A stretch of 64,000 nucleotides of DNA from Octopus vulgaris (lineage: Eukaryota). This document shows positions 1-13,816 of this stretch, in pieces. Made by a program: the position numbers and the translations under genes. Position 1 is the first letter of the stretch, and each line of letters begins with the position of its first letter. The notes under the pieces are model-generated. The model saw only the letters and a list, made by a program, of their open reading frames with translations. It searched no databases and was not told where the DNA came from. The stretch lies in assembly GCA_951406725.2 (NCBI GenBank), contig OX597814.1, positions 87,172,001 through 87,236,000 of the forward strand, given 5' to 3'.

Positions 1-141
1 AGAGTAAAAAGAGAGTAAAGAGTATAGCATACGTTTACAAATGTACAAACATAGAGATACACTAAATCCATAATGTTTATTTGTTATCTAAGTTTTTTAG
101 TGTCTGGTAGTACAGTGCCATTTATTTCTTTCTTTTTATAG

Positions 142-349
142 ATTTGTTGTCCAAGAATTACCTCCAACACCTTCAAAATTTCACTATATTTTTAATTTAC
201 GAGATTTGTCAAGAGTTTATAATGGTCTGTGTCGAACAATGCCAGAACGCTTTTCTGAAACTCAACAATTTCTGCGGGTGTGGAGAAATGAATGTTTACG
301 AGTTTTTGCTGATCGTTTGACCAATGAAAAAGACAAAAGTCTTGTACAA
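142..349 (+). CDS. DNAH10: DNAH10 exon 1 of window ([30 protein letters not shown]...KSLVQ)
   Basis: tttttatag| acceptor, |gtaagt donor; phase 2 in, 0 out. Confidence 0.93.
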
Positions 350-3300
350 GTAAGTTTATCTGTGAAATGTAGAGCATTATCTGTCACTCATGACTGACTT
401 TAATTAATCCATTTAACCACTGTCATTTTGGTTCCTCTTTTTCATAAACTGACTTCAATCATCTTGCAATCATTTCAATGTTGATATTGAATACAGTAGT
501 TATAGGAAAAAAAGAATACCAAAATATGGTCCCAAATGTGAAAGATACTACTAATCTACTGCTAGTAGCTTTTTGAAAATCACACATTTTTTATTGTAAC
601 TACAAAAATAGAGGAAATATATATTATTTTGAACTTGTTGAATCTGGAATAAGGAGCAGGCTTTTTGCAATCTGTGAGTTTAATGTCATTAATGTTCCAC
701 TTAAGCTATTACAAAAAAGACATAAACTGGGAGAGAGAGCATTCTAAAGGGACAGTATTCTGGAAATAAATGGTTAGTGTGAGGCCAATGGGATGAACAT
801 ATCAAATGTAATAAGAGGTAGGAAGACAAGTGGGTTGTGAGTGCCTGAGTAGTTGAGGTATAAGACCAGCCAGCTATGAAGATTAGAGAACATTAAGAAG
901 TGATAGGGAAAACAGAGAGAGAAGACAGCATGTTTGTGGACCAGAAGCTGGAGTGTATCTGATAGTGGAACAGAGTGCTTGTGGTTCAGAAGCTGAAATA
1001 TGCCAATTAGTGACTACAACTAAAATTTTTTAAAGCCTTTTTCTACTTTGTGGTATCAAAATGTTCTTGGACTAGTTATGTTCAATAAAAATTAACTCGA
1101 GGCTAGAAGGATGCCAAGAAGCAGACCAATCCAGAAAAGAAGGATTTGGAAGCTAAAGAACCCTTCACATGGTCAGAGATTTAGGGACATCCTCACTGAG
1201 AAATTTGATGAGAAGCGAGGAGGAGCTACAGACTTCAGACACAGAGGGTAACTGGAAATTCCTATGCAACAGCTTACTGAATGCCACAGAACAAATCTGT
1301 GGCTGGTGCAAAGTCCCTTCCAGACCTAGAGTAATGTGGTGGTGGAATAATACGGTAGACAAGGCTATTAGAGCAAAGAAACAGGCCTGGAAGAGCGGGG
1401 GTAGCAGGGAACTGTACCAGACAACCCGAAGAGAGGCTGGGCAACAATTATACATAGACAAGGGAGAAGCAGAAAAGAAGAAGTTTGCCAATGTTCAGCA
1501 ATGTGAGGACCAATGAATTGAAGTATTTCCGATTGCAAGACAATGTGTGAAAGAAAATTGTGATGTCACAGGAGAGAAATGTGTCAGCATGGATGATAGT
1601 GCACTTGATTTTAATGATAAAGGCTGTTGAATGTAGAAAATGAATGAGAGGAGGAGAGCTTGTTAAATGTTGACCCAGTAGAGTTAAATGAATGGGAAGA
1701 GGAGAGCCTGTTAAATGTTGACCTGCTACCCGAATAGATAGCACCCTGGTAGATAAAGCAATTAAGGATATGAAGTCAGGAAAAGTTCCCAGCCCATCAA
1801 GAATCAATGCTGAGATGCTTAAAATATCGGGTGATGTGGGTCATGGCCTAATCACCTGTATTGTAAACCAGGTAGTTCACAAAGAAGTCATACCCAATGA
1901 CTGGCGTAGTAGCACCATAGTCAGCAGCTACAAGGGTAAAGGTGATACTTTAGACAGAAATAACTACAAGGGTATCAACTTCTGGATCAGGTGATGAAGG
2001 TGATGAAGGGAGAAAGTCTGCAAAGATGTGATGCAGTTCGGTTTAGTGCCAGGTAGAAGCACCATGGATGCTATATTCCTGCAATGGTAACTACAGGAGA
2101 AATACCTAGCCAAAGATAAACCCCTATACTTGGCTTTTGTGAACTTGGAGAAAGCCTTTGACAAGGTCTCCCGATCTCTTATCTGGTGGGCGATGTGGAA
2201 ACTGGGTATTGATGAGTGGTTAATAAGAGCCGTACAGGCCTTGTACAAGGATGCCATTAGTAAGGTAAGAGTCGGCAATGAGTATAGCGAAGAATTTCGG
2301 GTAGAAGTAGGTGTTCACTAAGGATCAGCCCTCAGCCCCCTCTTATTCATCATAGTCCTCCAGGCCATAACAGAGGAATTCAAGATGGGGCTGGCCTTGG
2401 GAGCTCCTCTATGCTGATTTCAGGTGTGGAAGCAAGGTTTAGAATCGAAGGCCCTTAGAGTCAATGTTGCAAAAGTCCTAGTAAGTAGGAAGGTGAACAC
2501 ATTACAAACCCCTTCAGGTAGATGGCCCTGCTCTATCTGTAGAAAAGTTGTAGGTAGAAACTCCATAAGATGTACCCAGTGTAAGCTATGGATGCATAAC
2601 ATCAAAGGAAGCTTAACTGGGAAGATAGCTTTTGTGTGTAACAGATGTACAGGAGCAATAAACACCACAGATGCTTAGAAAACTGATTCCATCACATGCC
2701 TGGGGGAGAAACTAGAAGTACTTGATAGCTTCCGCTACCTAGGTGACCAAGTCTGTAGTGGGGGTGGATGTTCAGAGAGCATTACCACTAGAATAGGAAT
2801 AGCCTGGGCAAAGTTCAGAAAGCTCCTACCTCTATTGGTGACAAAGGGCCTTTCGCTTAGAGTGAAAGGTAGATTGTATGAAGCATGTGTGTAAAGTGCC
2901 ATGCTACACAGCAGTGAAACATGAGCCATGACTGCTGAAGACATGCATAGGCTTGAAAGAAATGAAGCTAGTATGATCTGCTGGATGTGTAATGTCAGTG
3001 TGCACACATGACAGAGTGTAAGCGCCCTGAGAGAAATGTTAGACATAAGAAGCATCAGATGTGGTGTGCAAAAGAGACAACTGCACTGGTATGGTCATGT
3101 GCTACGTATAGATGAGAACTGTGTGAAGAAGTGTCACTCCCTAACGGTGGAAGGAGCCTATGGCAGAAAGAAATCCAGGAAGACATAGGTGGTGAAGCAT
3201 GACCTTTGAACATTGGGCCTCACATAGGCAATGTAAAAAGACCGAGACCTCTGGAGATATGCTGTAATTGAAAAGACCAGGCAAGGTAAGTGAGATCACA

Positions 3301-6300
3301 GCTGTAGCCTGCACCAGTGTTGCATGACCAGCCCATTTAAAAAATACTTTTGAATTGTTGGGCAACATTCCATGCTTGAGGAGACCTATTGAGTCGAGTA
3401 AATCAAAGTCAAATCAAATTACAATCAAATAGAAATTGTAGTCGTGGCCATTACAAGTGCTGGTGACACGCAATAAGCACCATTCATTCATGCGTCTGAC
3501 TACCTCCCCATGCCAGTGGTATGTAAAAAGCACCATCCGAATATGGTCGATGCCCCCCCCCCCCCAGCCCCAACTGGCTCCTGTGCCGGTGGCATGTAAA
3601 AAGCACCATCTGAATGTGGCCGATGCCAGAGCCACCTTACTGGCTCCCCGTGCTGGTGGCACGTAAAAAGCACCATCTGAACATGGTCGATGCCATTCTC
3701 CCTGCTTTGACAGACTCCTGTGCTGGTAGCATGTAAAAAGCACCATCCAAACATGCCCGATGCCAGTGCTGCTTGACTGATTCCCATGCCAGTAGCATGG
3801 GAAAAGCACCCACTACATTCTCAGAGTGGTTGGCGTTAGAAAGGGTATCCAGCTGTAGAAACATTGCCAGATCAGATTAGAGCCTGGTGTGGCCTTTTGA
3901 CTTGCCAATCTCCAGTCCATGGAAAACGGTTGTTAAATGATGATGATGATGATGACTTTGTTTCCTTTCTCCAATTAAAGGGAAAACTTCAATTCATTAA
4001 GAACTTTTACATGTTTTTAGGTACATCACCTACTACCGCTATTGACTAATAATGTGGCAATAATTTTGATAGTGCTGTACATGCATAATATAAGTTGTAT
4101 ATTTCTCCCTTAGCTTCTTTGTTTTAAAGTCAGTAAACTTTTTGAACTTCTATTTTTAGGAACATATACGACAACTTATTACTGTGGATTATAAAAAATA
4201 TCATGACTACGTAATGAGAGATCCAATTCTATTTGGTGACTATGCTAATGCAATGTCAGGTGTAGGATTCTATGAGGATATTCAAGATCTGGACGCCTGC
4301 AAAGATTTGTTTCAAGAGGTAAAATCTATTTTCTATTCTCAGAAAATCTGAGAGATGAAAGTGGTGACTACATAATTTATTCCTCAGTTAACATTTATGA
4401 ACAGATAAAGTAAATTATAATTTGGTGTTATCAGTAAGAAAGATCCAGAAGTATAAAAAATATTGTGCTATTTTCTTCTTTTGCTGCATTTCTGTGATGT
4501 GTTAATAGAGTAGTAAAGAATGAAGGAACTATTAACTTTTATTGAGTTTTCAATTATGCTTTTTTTTTAATTAGTACCTTCTCCACTTATTGTAATAATA
4601 CGAGGGGCGTTCAATAAGTAATGTCCCTGACCCATTTCCCATAGCAGTAGAGCAACGAAACTTGGCACAGTTATTAGTCTTTTCCTACATAGGAACTACC
4701 CAGAGTTATGCATTTCTCCCATTGTTTGATACAGCTCTGGAGACCGTTTTTGTAGAAGACCCCAGCTTGGTCTTCCAGCCACGTCGTGACTTCAGAAATC
4801 AAGGCTGCATCATCTGGGAAACGCTTTCCTTTCAAAATCAACTTCATGGCTGGGAAGAGGTGAAAATCAGAGGGTGCAAGGGGAGGAGTTCATAGCTGCA
4901 CGCCTGTGCTTCTGATCTGGCGACACACGAGTTGTGGACCGAAGCGTTGTCCTGCAGGAGGAGGATGCCTTTGCTGATCTTGCCCCGCCTCTTGATTTTG
5001 ATAGCTTCTCTTAATTTCCTCAAAAGTGAAGCATAATAGGCTCCTGTAATTGTGGTACCCTTTGCCAGGAAATCTGTCATCACTACTCCGTCCTGGTCCC
5101 AGAAGACTGTGAGCATAACCTTGTCAGCGGAGGGCTGCACCCTTGCCTTCTTTGGAGGAGGTGATTCACGGTGCTTTCACTGCATTGACTGGGCTTTGGT
5201 CTATGGATCATAGTGATGGACCCAGGTTTTATCCTGTGTGATCAGTCTTTTGAAAAATATTGACTTATCTTCTTGGCACATCTCCAAATTCATCCTCGAG
5301 CACTCAACGCGTTCTTGCTTCTGGAAAGGTGTGAGCAACCTGGAAATCCATCTGGCAGACACCTTTTGCATATGCAAATGGTCATGAATGATAGTTTCCA
5401 CAGACCCGGTACTAATCTTGACCTTATGGGCTATTTGGCGAATAGTTATGCATTGACCTTCCAAAATGGCAGCCTCAACTTGACGGACAGACGTCTCATC
5501 AACGGCAGAAGGGGCGACCAGATCTGGGAGCTGTTTCCACAGAGTTCCGACTATGTTTGAATTCACAATGCCAGCGTTTTACAAGGTCATATGATGGGGC
5601 ATCATCACCATAAGTTACTTTCATTTCATCAAAAGTCTCCCGTGGTGTGCGGCCTTTCAAAAACAAAAACCAGATCACTGCTTGACACTCAACAGGCTCC
5701 ATTTCACACTTGACTCAGTTCAAACACCTGTAAATCAGAAACCACAATTAGTTCAGAGCTGTAATTCGCCACTTAATCTATAGAGGTATAAATAAGTGCA
5801 CATGCAAAATTTTAGCTAGATCAAATAACTGCAAGTGGGTCAGGGGCATTACTTATTGAACGCCCCTCGTATATAACAAAAAGTGGTATAGATGGACAAG
5901 GGAATTTATAGAAAAAAATTAAAATATATTACAGTTGGACATGCACAAGTAGGATCATTTCATCAGTTGTCAACTGCTAATCACAACAATTTCAGTACCT
6001 AAGACAATATTGTTCAGTCTGTCAGTGCCCATCGCTCATTAAATTTGCAAAGATAGAGAAGTGCATGCAAACATTGATTAAAAGGAAGTTAATAATTCAT
6101 ATCAAATTTTGTACAGAAAGTACAAAACATAAACAGGGAGATAACAATGAACGGTCTTTTGACCTGGACAATAAATGATATCATGTGAGAAATCTAGCTA
6201 CTGTAAAAATGACAGGAGAAAAAAACTTAGAACAAGCAGAAATGCTTTATGGGATGGAAGAGAAGCAGGGGATAGTAGCAGGTGAATAAAAGTAGAGTGA

Positions 6301-9300
6301 TTGTGAGAAAAAAAAGGTGGGTGAAAGAAATTGGGGAACTGGGAAAAGGTGGTGGTAGGAATGCAAAGATTCGTAAAATTGTGTTAATAGAGATAGAAAG
6401 CAGAAGGTTACAAGTTCAATATAGACTCCAGGTTAGTTCAGATTGTCCTAGAGTCTATATTAATTAAATTGTGGTGTAAAATATGAGCTCAAAGATGAAG
6501 TTAATTTGTCCAATCATCAATAATAAAAAAAATGTATTTTGTTTGAACGATTCTCTAAAACACTTTAAAGTTGTTTTTTTTTAATGTAAACTTTTGTTTG
6601 AATGGTTTTGCAAATTCAGACATTGAGCTGACTTGTGAGAATTACCAGGATATGCTTTATAAAGCTAATTTTTTAATTTTGAACAGAGGTTACCACCTAT
6701 TTTCCAGATTGGAAACAAGAAGTTTATTGTCATGCTTTAGAGCCAGTTGATGTTTGAAACAAAAACCCATGTCTGGTGGCTTATAGTTGTTATGTTATTT
6801 CAAGTTCTTTCTTTTCGATTTTCAGTTATTGGAAGAATACAATGAGAGACTTGTCCCAATGAACTTAGTTTTATTTAATGACGCTTTAGAACATTTGACT
6901 CGAATCCACCGCATAATTCGCATGGATCAAGGCCATGGTCTGTTGGTTGGTGTTGGAGGCAGTGGTAAACAGAGTCTGTGTCGCCTTGCTAGTTTTGCTG
7001 CTGAGTGCCAAATCTTTAAGATAACACTCTCTCGTGGATACAATGAGACTAGCTTCCGAGAAGATTTGAAAATCTTGTACAACAAATTAGGAATGGACAA
7101 TCAGAAGATGGTATTCCTGTTTGCTGATCAAGATGTTGCTGAAGAAGGTAAGCATCAGATACAGAATGTGGGAGGCAGTCAGGGACTTAACTTTCTTGTT
7201 TCCAATTTTATTAAATTTAGAAGCTTTTCTCTGTCTTTCTTGTCCTCAAAAATATTTCAAATATATTTCTGGAACATAGAACATTAGCAAACTATTAATA
7301 TTAGTATTTCTTCTCAATAAGATTAATCATTTTTTTTTTATATTCCTTAAAGTTGGTGTTTTTTCTGTTGGGTAGCTGTAATCAATTTCTGTTTGCATTA
7401 AGGAAACCAATAACCTGATTTAGAAGCAATTCATAGGTTCATCACTTAGAATATGATGATGTATAAGAGTTTGGCATTTTGGTGTTGGGTATGTTTTGCT
7501 GTATGATCACTGTTTTAACTTTGACTATCCGGTATTTATTGTTGGTATTCAGTCCTATAATTTAAGTCTAAAAATATGCAGTATTTATTGTCATTGCTAT
7601 CATTATATTCAGTGTCATTAAAGAGGAGCAATGTCTTGAGTTTGAAGCCGTAGTTATCTAACTGAAAAATACCAGCCAACCTTAAAAAATAATAGTGAAA
7701 TTCTTTTGATACCTTCTGCTTGTTAAGATAAAATTGAGTTTGCATCCATATAATTCTTTTTTCTTCACCATGGTATTTAACAAGTTAAAAAATTTTGAAA
7801 CCATCATAATTTTATCATAGATATTTGTTCACTCCTTTTTCGTAGGGTGCTGACCCATTATGGGCTTAGGTATAGAACTACAGATCATACAGTCATAAGT
7901 TTAGATCTTACTACTGTCAATATGTTTGCTCTCCCAAAATGTACCTAACTCTGCTCCAGTTGGTCTGATTGTGATAGACTGAATGGTGAGCTGTAAGAAA
8001 GACATTTAACTGTAAAACAATTGCTCCAACAAATAAATCATTTCATCCATATAAGCATGAATGTAAAACATAATGTAAGACAAAATGTAAAACAAAAAAA
8101 GAAATGGTTTTCTCTGCTTGTATATATGGGATGATAGTAGTGTATCAATTTCTTCTTTTAGATTAGTGCAGTAAATAAAGTAAATTGCTTGACTTTTACT
8201 TTTCAGATATATCCATTATCACTGAATAGATGTTGAACTTTATTGATCATGTCCATATCCATGTGAAGATTCTAGTTCAGTACCACTGCTAAGAAATATT
8301 CATCAGTTAACCCTTACATGGTAGAATCATAAGTTGATGTATTATTAGAGAACAACAGATATTATCAATTGATGTTTCAAAAATTTTGCATGTATATGAC
8401 CATTATCAAAAGAAAGTGAATATATTATGGTATTTTCGATAAGGTGATTGCAAATTTTATTGTGCAAAAGACTAACAATTATTATAGATTTTCTACTCAT
8501 TTAAAGTGAAAATAAGTTGAAAATTTACCCTTAAAAGGAGATTTGTTTTTGCTTTTTCTCGTTTGGCATACACATTCATGCAACCCTTTCCAATCATTTT
8601 AGAGTTGAAAGGCAATTAATTATGACATGTAATGAACTTATTTACTGCTAGCTTAATTGGAATATTGTTAGTTAGGTGTTGCTTGGGGTACAATACTTTG
8701 CTAATGTTAAAAAAAATAAAATCTATAAAATTCTAATACCCATGTAACTTTTGTAAGCTGATTCTTAACTCCATTTTTACATTTTTTTGGCAAGTAGCTG
8801 AGCAGGAACAAATCTAATCCAGCTCAGGTTATAGTTCCAGTGATCTGCTAAGTAAATTGAGGCACATAAAATTAATTGTACTGTCCAAATATTCAAAGAA
8901 ATACCTATAATAAATTTAAACTCCAAATGTTTAACCTGATAGTCATACTGTCATGAACTCTTTACATGAACACCACCCTGTACTTAACTCCATGTCCCCC
9001 TACATGGCCTTGCTATTTGCTTTTGAGCCAAATTAACTAACTAACTAACTAACATATCCAGTCAGCGATTTTATGTCTATATGCGACACTGATGGAGATT
9101 TATGAAGTGCTGAAAGTTTTGTTTATGAATTTTAGTGTGTGTGAAACCTTCTTAACTGATTCTCTTGGGCTATTTATTTATTGAAATCATGAAATAATTG
9201 CATATTCCAATACAATTATAATGACTGGTAAGTGCTTGTCTCTTTCTACAGGATTCTTGGAATTGGTGAACAATATGTTAACAACCGGCATGGTACCAGC

Positions 9301-12300
9301 TTTGTATACAGATGAAGAGAAAGATGGAATTATATCACAGGTATGAATAAAAAACAAGGCAGACATTTTTTTAAAAATCAAGTAATTCTTTAATAAAAAT
9401 TTTCTTTGATATGTTGCCATAATTGTTTATATAAAATAAAGAGAAAACAGATAAGATACTATATTTTTATACTGATGGAGTTCACTAAAATATTCTACTG
9501 TGAATTTTGTGCTGTGTTTCCAATGTCTCTAAGTTTGAGTAAGTCTACTAGGCCACAATTTTTATCTAAATTCAAGTTTGATTTTTGTTGTAATTACTTC
9601 CCTCTTCATTGTTATTGCTCTTTCTCAGCACTCTTTTACACAGGATACTCCTCTGTCTTTCTTGTCATCCATGCATACAGGCATGTCCCCTACATCCCTC
9701 TTCAGCTGAGCGCTCCTAGTCTTGTGAGCCTGTAGGAGCCAGTGCCATGTAAAAAGCACCCATGTCAGTACCACATAAATCATCTAGTACACTCTGTAAA
9801 GTGGTTGGCATTAGGGAGCGCATCCAGCTGAAGAAACCATACCAAAACAGTCATGGAGCCCAGCCAGCTCTTAAGCTGACCAGTTCTTGCCAACCCATGC
9901 CAGCAAGGGAAATGGACTTTAAATGATGATGATGATGATTGTTATTGTTTGTAATAGAATGTTGGTTGCTATAGTGTGGTGGCATGTATTTTGTGTCTAC
10001 AATAAGGTTTATTGATTCCCAATTTGAATGGTTTTAATACCAATTGCTTTTACTCTCAAGAAAGGCATGAATGTTATAACTTCCAAGATATCATTATCTG
10101 AAAATTTCACATTCCATTCTTATGAAACAAAAACCCCCCAAAAACCAGTTGCTCAAAAAGATATGATTTATGCTAGGTTAAAAAAACAGATATCCATTTC
10201 TGGTTAGATAAACTTGGATAAAAATTAGGTTAGTTCTTAGAACAGTGGACTTCACAGATGACATTGCTATAAATGAAAGAGATGTGTTATGGACTGATCA
10301 ATGGATAATCATCAGCAAAGTAGATGCTAGAAATGGTAACATCAATGGTGACAATGATGACAATAAGAATGATTATGATGATGCTAATTTTTTTACTAAT
10401 TCCATGAACAATTTCACTTGTAATGTATGATAAAGACCTAGTTTTTAGTTGTATTGGCTGAAGCAATCTAACTTGCAGTAGAGCTTGATTTTTATATTTG
10501 ACTAAAACCATTTAATCAGTTATTTAATCAGTTATGTTTCTATACAATCATTTAATCAGTTAATATGTATCTATACAAGCATTTAATTTCCATATATATA
10601 TTAATTCTTGTTCTATTGTTTCAGGTCCGTGCTGAAGCTATGGCTTTAGGACTCTCTCCAGCACGAGAAACTATATGGCAATTTTTTATCAGCAAATGTT
10701 CTGATAATCTACACATTGTAATGTCAATGTCCCCAATAGGGGACACTTTGAGAACACGCTGTAGAAATTTTCCTGGTAATTATATGGAGTTTTGAAATAT
10801 TTAATTGTTTTTAGAACTGATTTGTTATCATGTTTGATGGGCTCAGGGGAGATTTTAGATAAATGATGTGTTTAAGTATTGAGATGTTTTCAAGTATTTG
10901 GAGTATGGTAGGTAAACTGAATGTTTTGTTTCTAAAACTGACTAATAGGAGAGTACAATATACTTTAAATATATTTTGCAGGCTGAGGAATTTAGACTCC
11001 TTATAATTAGTATATCATGTTTTGAAAGATTTGGGAGATGGTATGGTTAACAATTAGCAAGTAATGTATTTTGTGGATGATGTATTCAGACTAAACAGGA
11101 ATAAAGCTAGTATGATCCATTGAATATGCAATTTCAGTGTACATATATGTACTAGTGCTAGTGTAGTGAGAGAAAAGTTGGGCATAAGAGAAATTAGATG
11201 TAGCGTGCAAGAGAGAAGATGGCACTGGTGTGATGCATATGGATGAGGACAGTTGCATAAAGCAGTGCCAGTCACTTAAAGTGGATGGAACTTGTGGAAG
11301 AGGGAAACCCAGGAAGACATGAGACAAAGTATTGAAGGCCGATCTCAAGATGGAGGTGATAACAAAAGACTGAAATATCTGACACCTTGCTGTGTTTGAG
11401 AAGACCTGTCCAGGACAACAGAATTGATATCCTAAAACCACCTTAGTAAATGTGCAGAGCTCTGCCCCACCTTCTCTCTCATCACCCTTTTAGATTTTTC
11501 CCCTCATATCTCATACCCTAACGCTTCACACCTCCCTATCTTTGGTATTATTTAGCTATCATAATCAGCTGAGTATTTATCAACAAGAAATACGACAACC
11601 TGGATATACCTCCTTAGTACCAGCCACCCCAGCATCGCCTGCACCAAGATCACCATCACAAATGAACCACCACAAACAGTACTGCAAATCATCAATCCCT
11701 AACACTTCTCCATGCCTGTCTACTTGCATACTCTCCTCCCTTGTACATCACCCCTTGTGCATAACCACATGAGTGTATATGTGCATGCATGCATATCTGT
11801 GTGACTGTGCATATGCATCTGCTCACCATATACATGCGCACAGGCATACATGTGCACCTGTACATGTGCATATATGTACACATGCAAACTTGTGTGTGTG
11901 TGTGTCCATGTGCATGTACATGTGTGCACACGTGTGTGTGTGTTCGTGCACATGTGGATGTGTGAATGTACAATGAAGCACACAGACACACGTATAAGTA
12001 CAGATGCATGTATGCAGATATATGGGCATGTACATGTACATATATACGTATATGCCTCCACATCTACCGCCCCTTCCTACTTCCCCCAACTGCTTTCTTA
12101 TCCACCACATGATCAATTTCCTGTTCACCATGTGGTCGATTACCTGTTTACCATGCAGTATTTTCCAACTAATTGTTGTTGCTGAAATACCAACATCAAA
12201 CCACAATACCACGTGACCTTACTTGACCAAATGCAGGCTAACTTAATCAAACTCTCTTCAGACACCAAAGGCTGAAGACTAGCTACACACTTGAAACTCA

Positions 12301-12341
12301 GAGTACCAAGGTGTCTGAATCAAACTGTTTTAATCTATCTA

Positions 12342-12381
<40 letters not shown>

Positions 12382-13816
12382 CCTATATATATATATATAT
12401 ATATATATGGGCACATAACAAACACCATCCGATCGTGGCCGTTCGCCAGCCTCATCTGGCACCTGTGTCGGTGGCACATAAAAACACCATCCGAAGACCC
12501 GGCAAGACTAGTCAGGCCATAACCCGTGGCCCCGACCTGGGACATAGTCAGTCCACCTGTGCATACCTTCCTTCTTGTGATACTTGTGAAGGCCTGTTGA
12601 GGCAAGTGAAAATCAAAATCAAATCAAAACAAATCAAAATAGATGAACATCAATGGAATTTGTATCTTTGTGGTACCAGTGCCGGTGGCACACAAGAAAA
12701 CCATCCGAATGTGGCCGTAGCCAGTACCGTACCGACTGGCCTCCGTGCTGTGGGCACGTAACAAGCACCATCCGATCGTGGCCATTCGCCAGCCTCATCT
12801 GGCACCTGTGTCGGTGGCACATAAAAACACCATCCGAAGACCCGGCAAGACTAGTCAGGCCATAACCCGTGGCCCCTACCTGGGACGTAGTCAGTCCACC
12901 TGTGCATACCTTCCTTCTTGTGACACTTGTGAAGACCTGTTGAGGCAAGTGAAAATCAAAATCAAATCAAATCAAATCAAATCAAATCAAAACAAATCAA
13001 AATAGATGAACATCAATGGAATTTGTATCTTTGTGGTACCAGTGCCGGTGGCACACAAGAAAGCCATCCGAACGTGGCCGTAGCCAGTACCGCATCGACT
13101 GGCCTCCGTGCTCTGGGCACGTAACAAACACCATCCGATCGTGGCCGTTCGCCAGCCTCATCTGGCACCTATGTCGGTGGCACATAAAAAACACCATCCG
13201 AAGACCCGGCAAGACTAGTCAGGCCATAACCCGTGGCCCCTACCTGGGACGTAGTCAGTCCACCTGTGCATACCTTTCTTCTTGTGACACTTGTGAAGAC
13301 CTGTTGAGGCAAGTGAAAATCAAAACAAATCAAAATAGATGAACATCAATGGAATTTGTATCTTTGTGGTACCAGTGCCGGTGGCACACAAGAAAACCAT
13401 CCGAACGTGGCCGTAGCCAGTACTGCATCGACTGGCCTCCGTGCTGTGGGCACGTAACAAACACCATCCGATCGTGGCCGTCTGCCAGCCTCATCTGGCA
13501 CCTGTGTTGGTGGCACATAAAAACACCATCCGAGCGTGGCCGTCTGCCAGCCTCGTCTGGCACCTGTGTCGGTGGCACATAAAAAACACCATCCGAGCGT
13601 GGCCGTTCGCCAGCCTCGTCTGGCACCTGTGTCGGTGGCACATAAAATCACCCACTACACTCTCGGAGTGGTTGGCGTTATGAAGGGCATCCAGCTGTAG
13701 AAACACTGCCAGATCTGACTGGCCTGGTGCAGCCTTCGGGCTCCCCAGACCCCAGTTGAACCGTCCAACCCATGCTAGCATGGAAAGCGGACGTTAAATG
13801 ATGATGATGATGATGA

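Noticed and set aside
3457-3811. CRISPR array (conserved palindromic repeat with variable spacers; also 12408-13652 and 44581-44867)
   Set aside because: The variable parts are only 6-15 nt, are related to one another and form hairpin loops; there are no cas genes; the array is an integral part of a eukaryotic LINE 3' UTR. Reported as a structured-RNA array instead.
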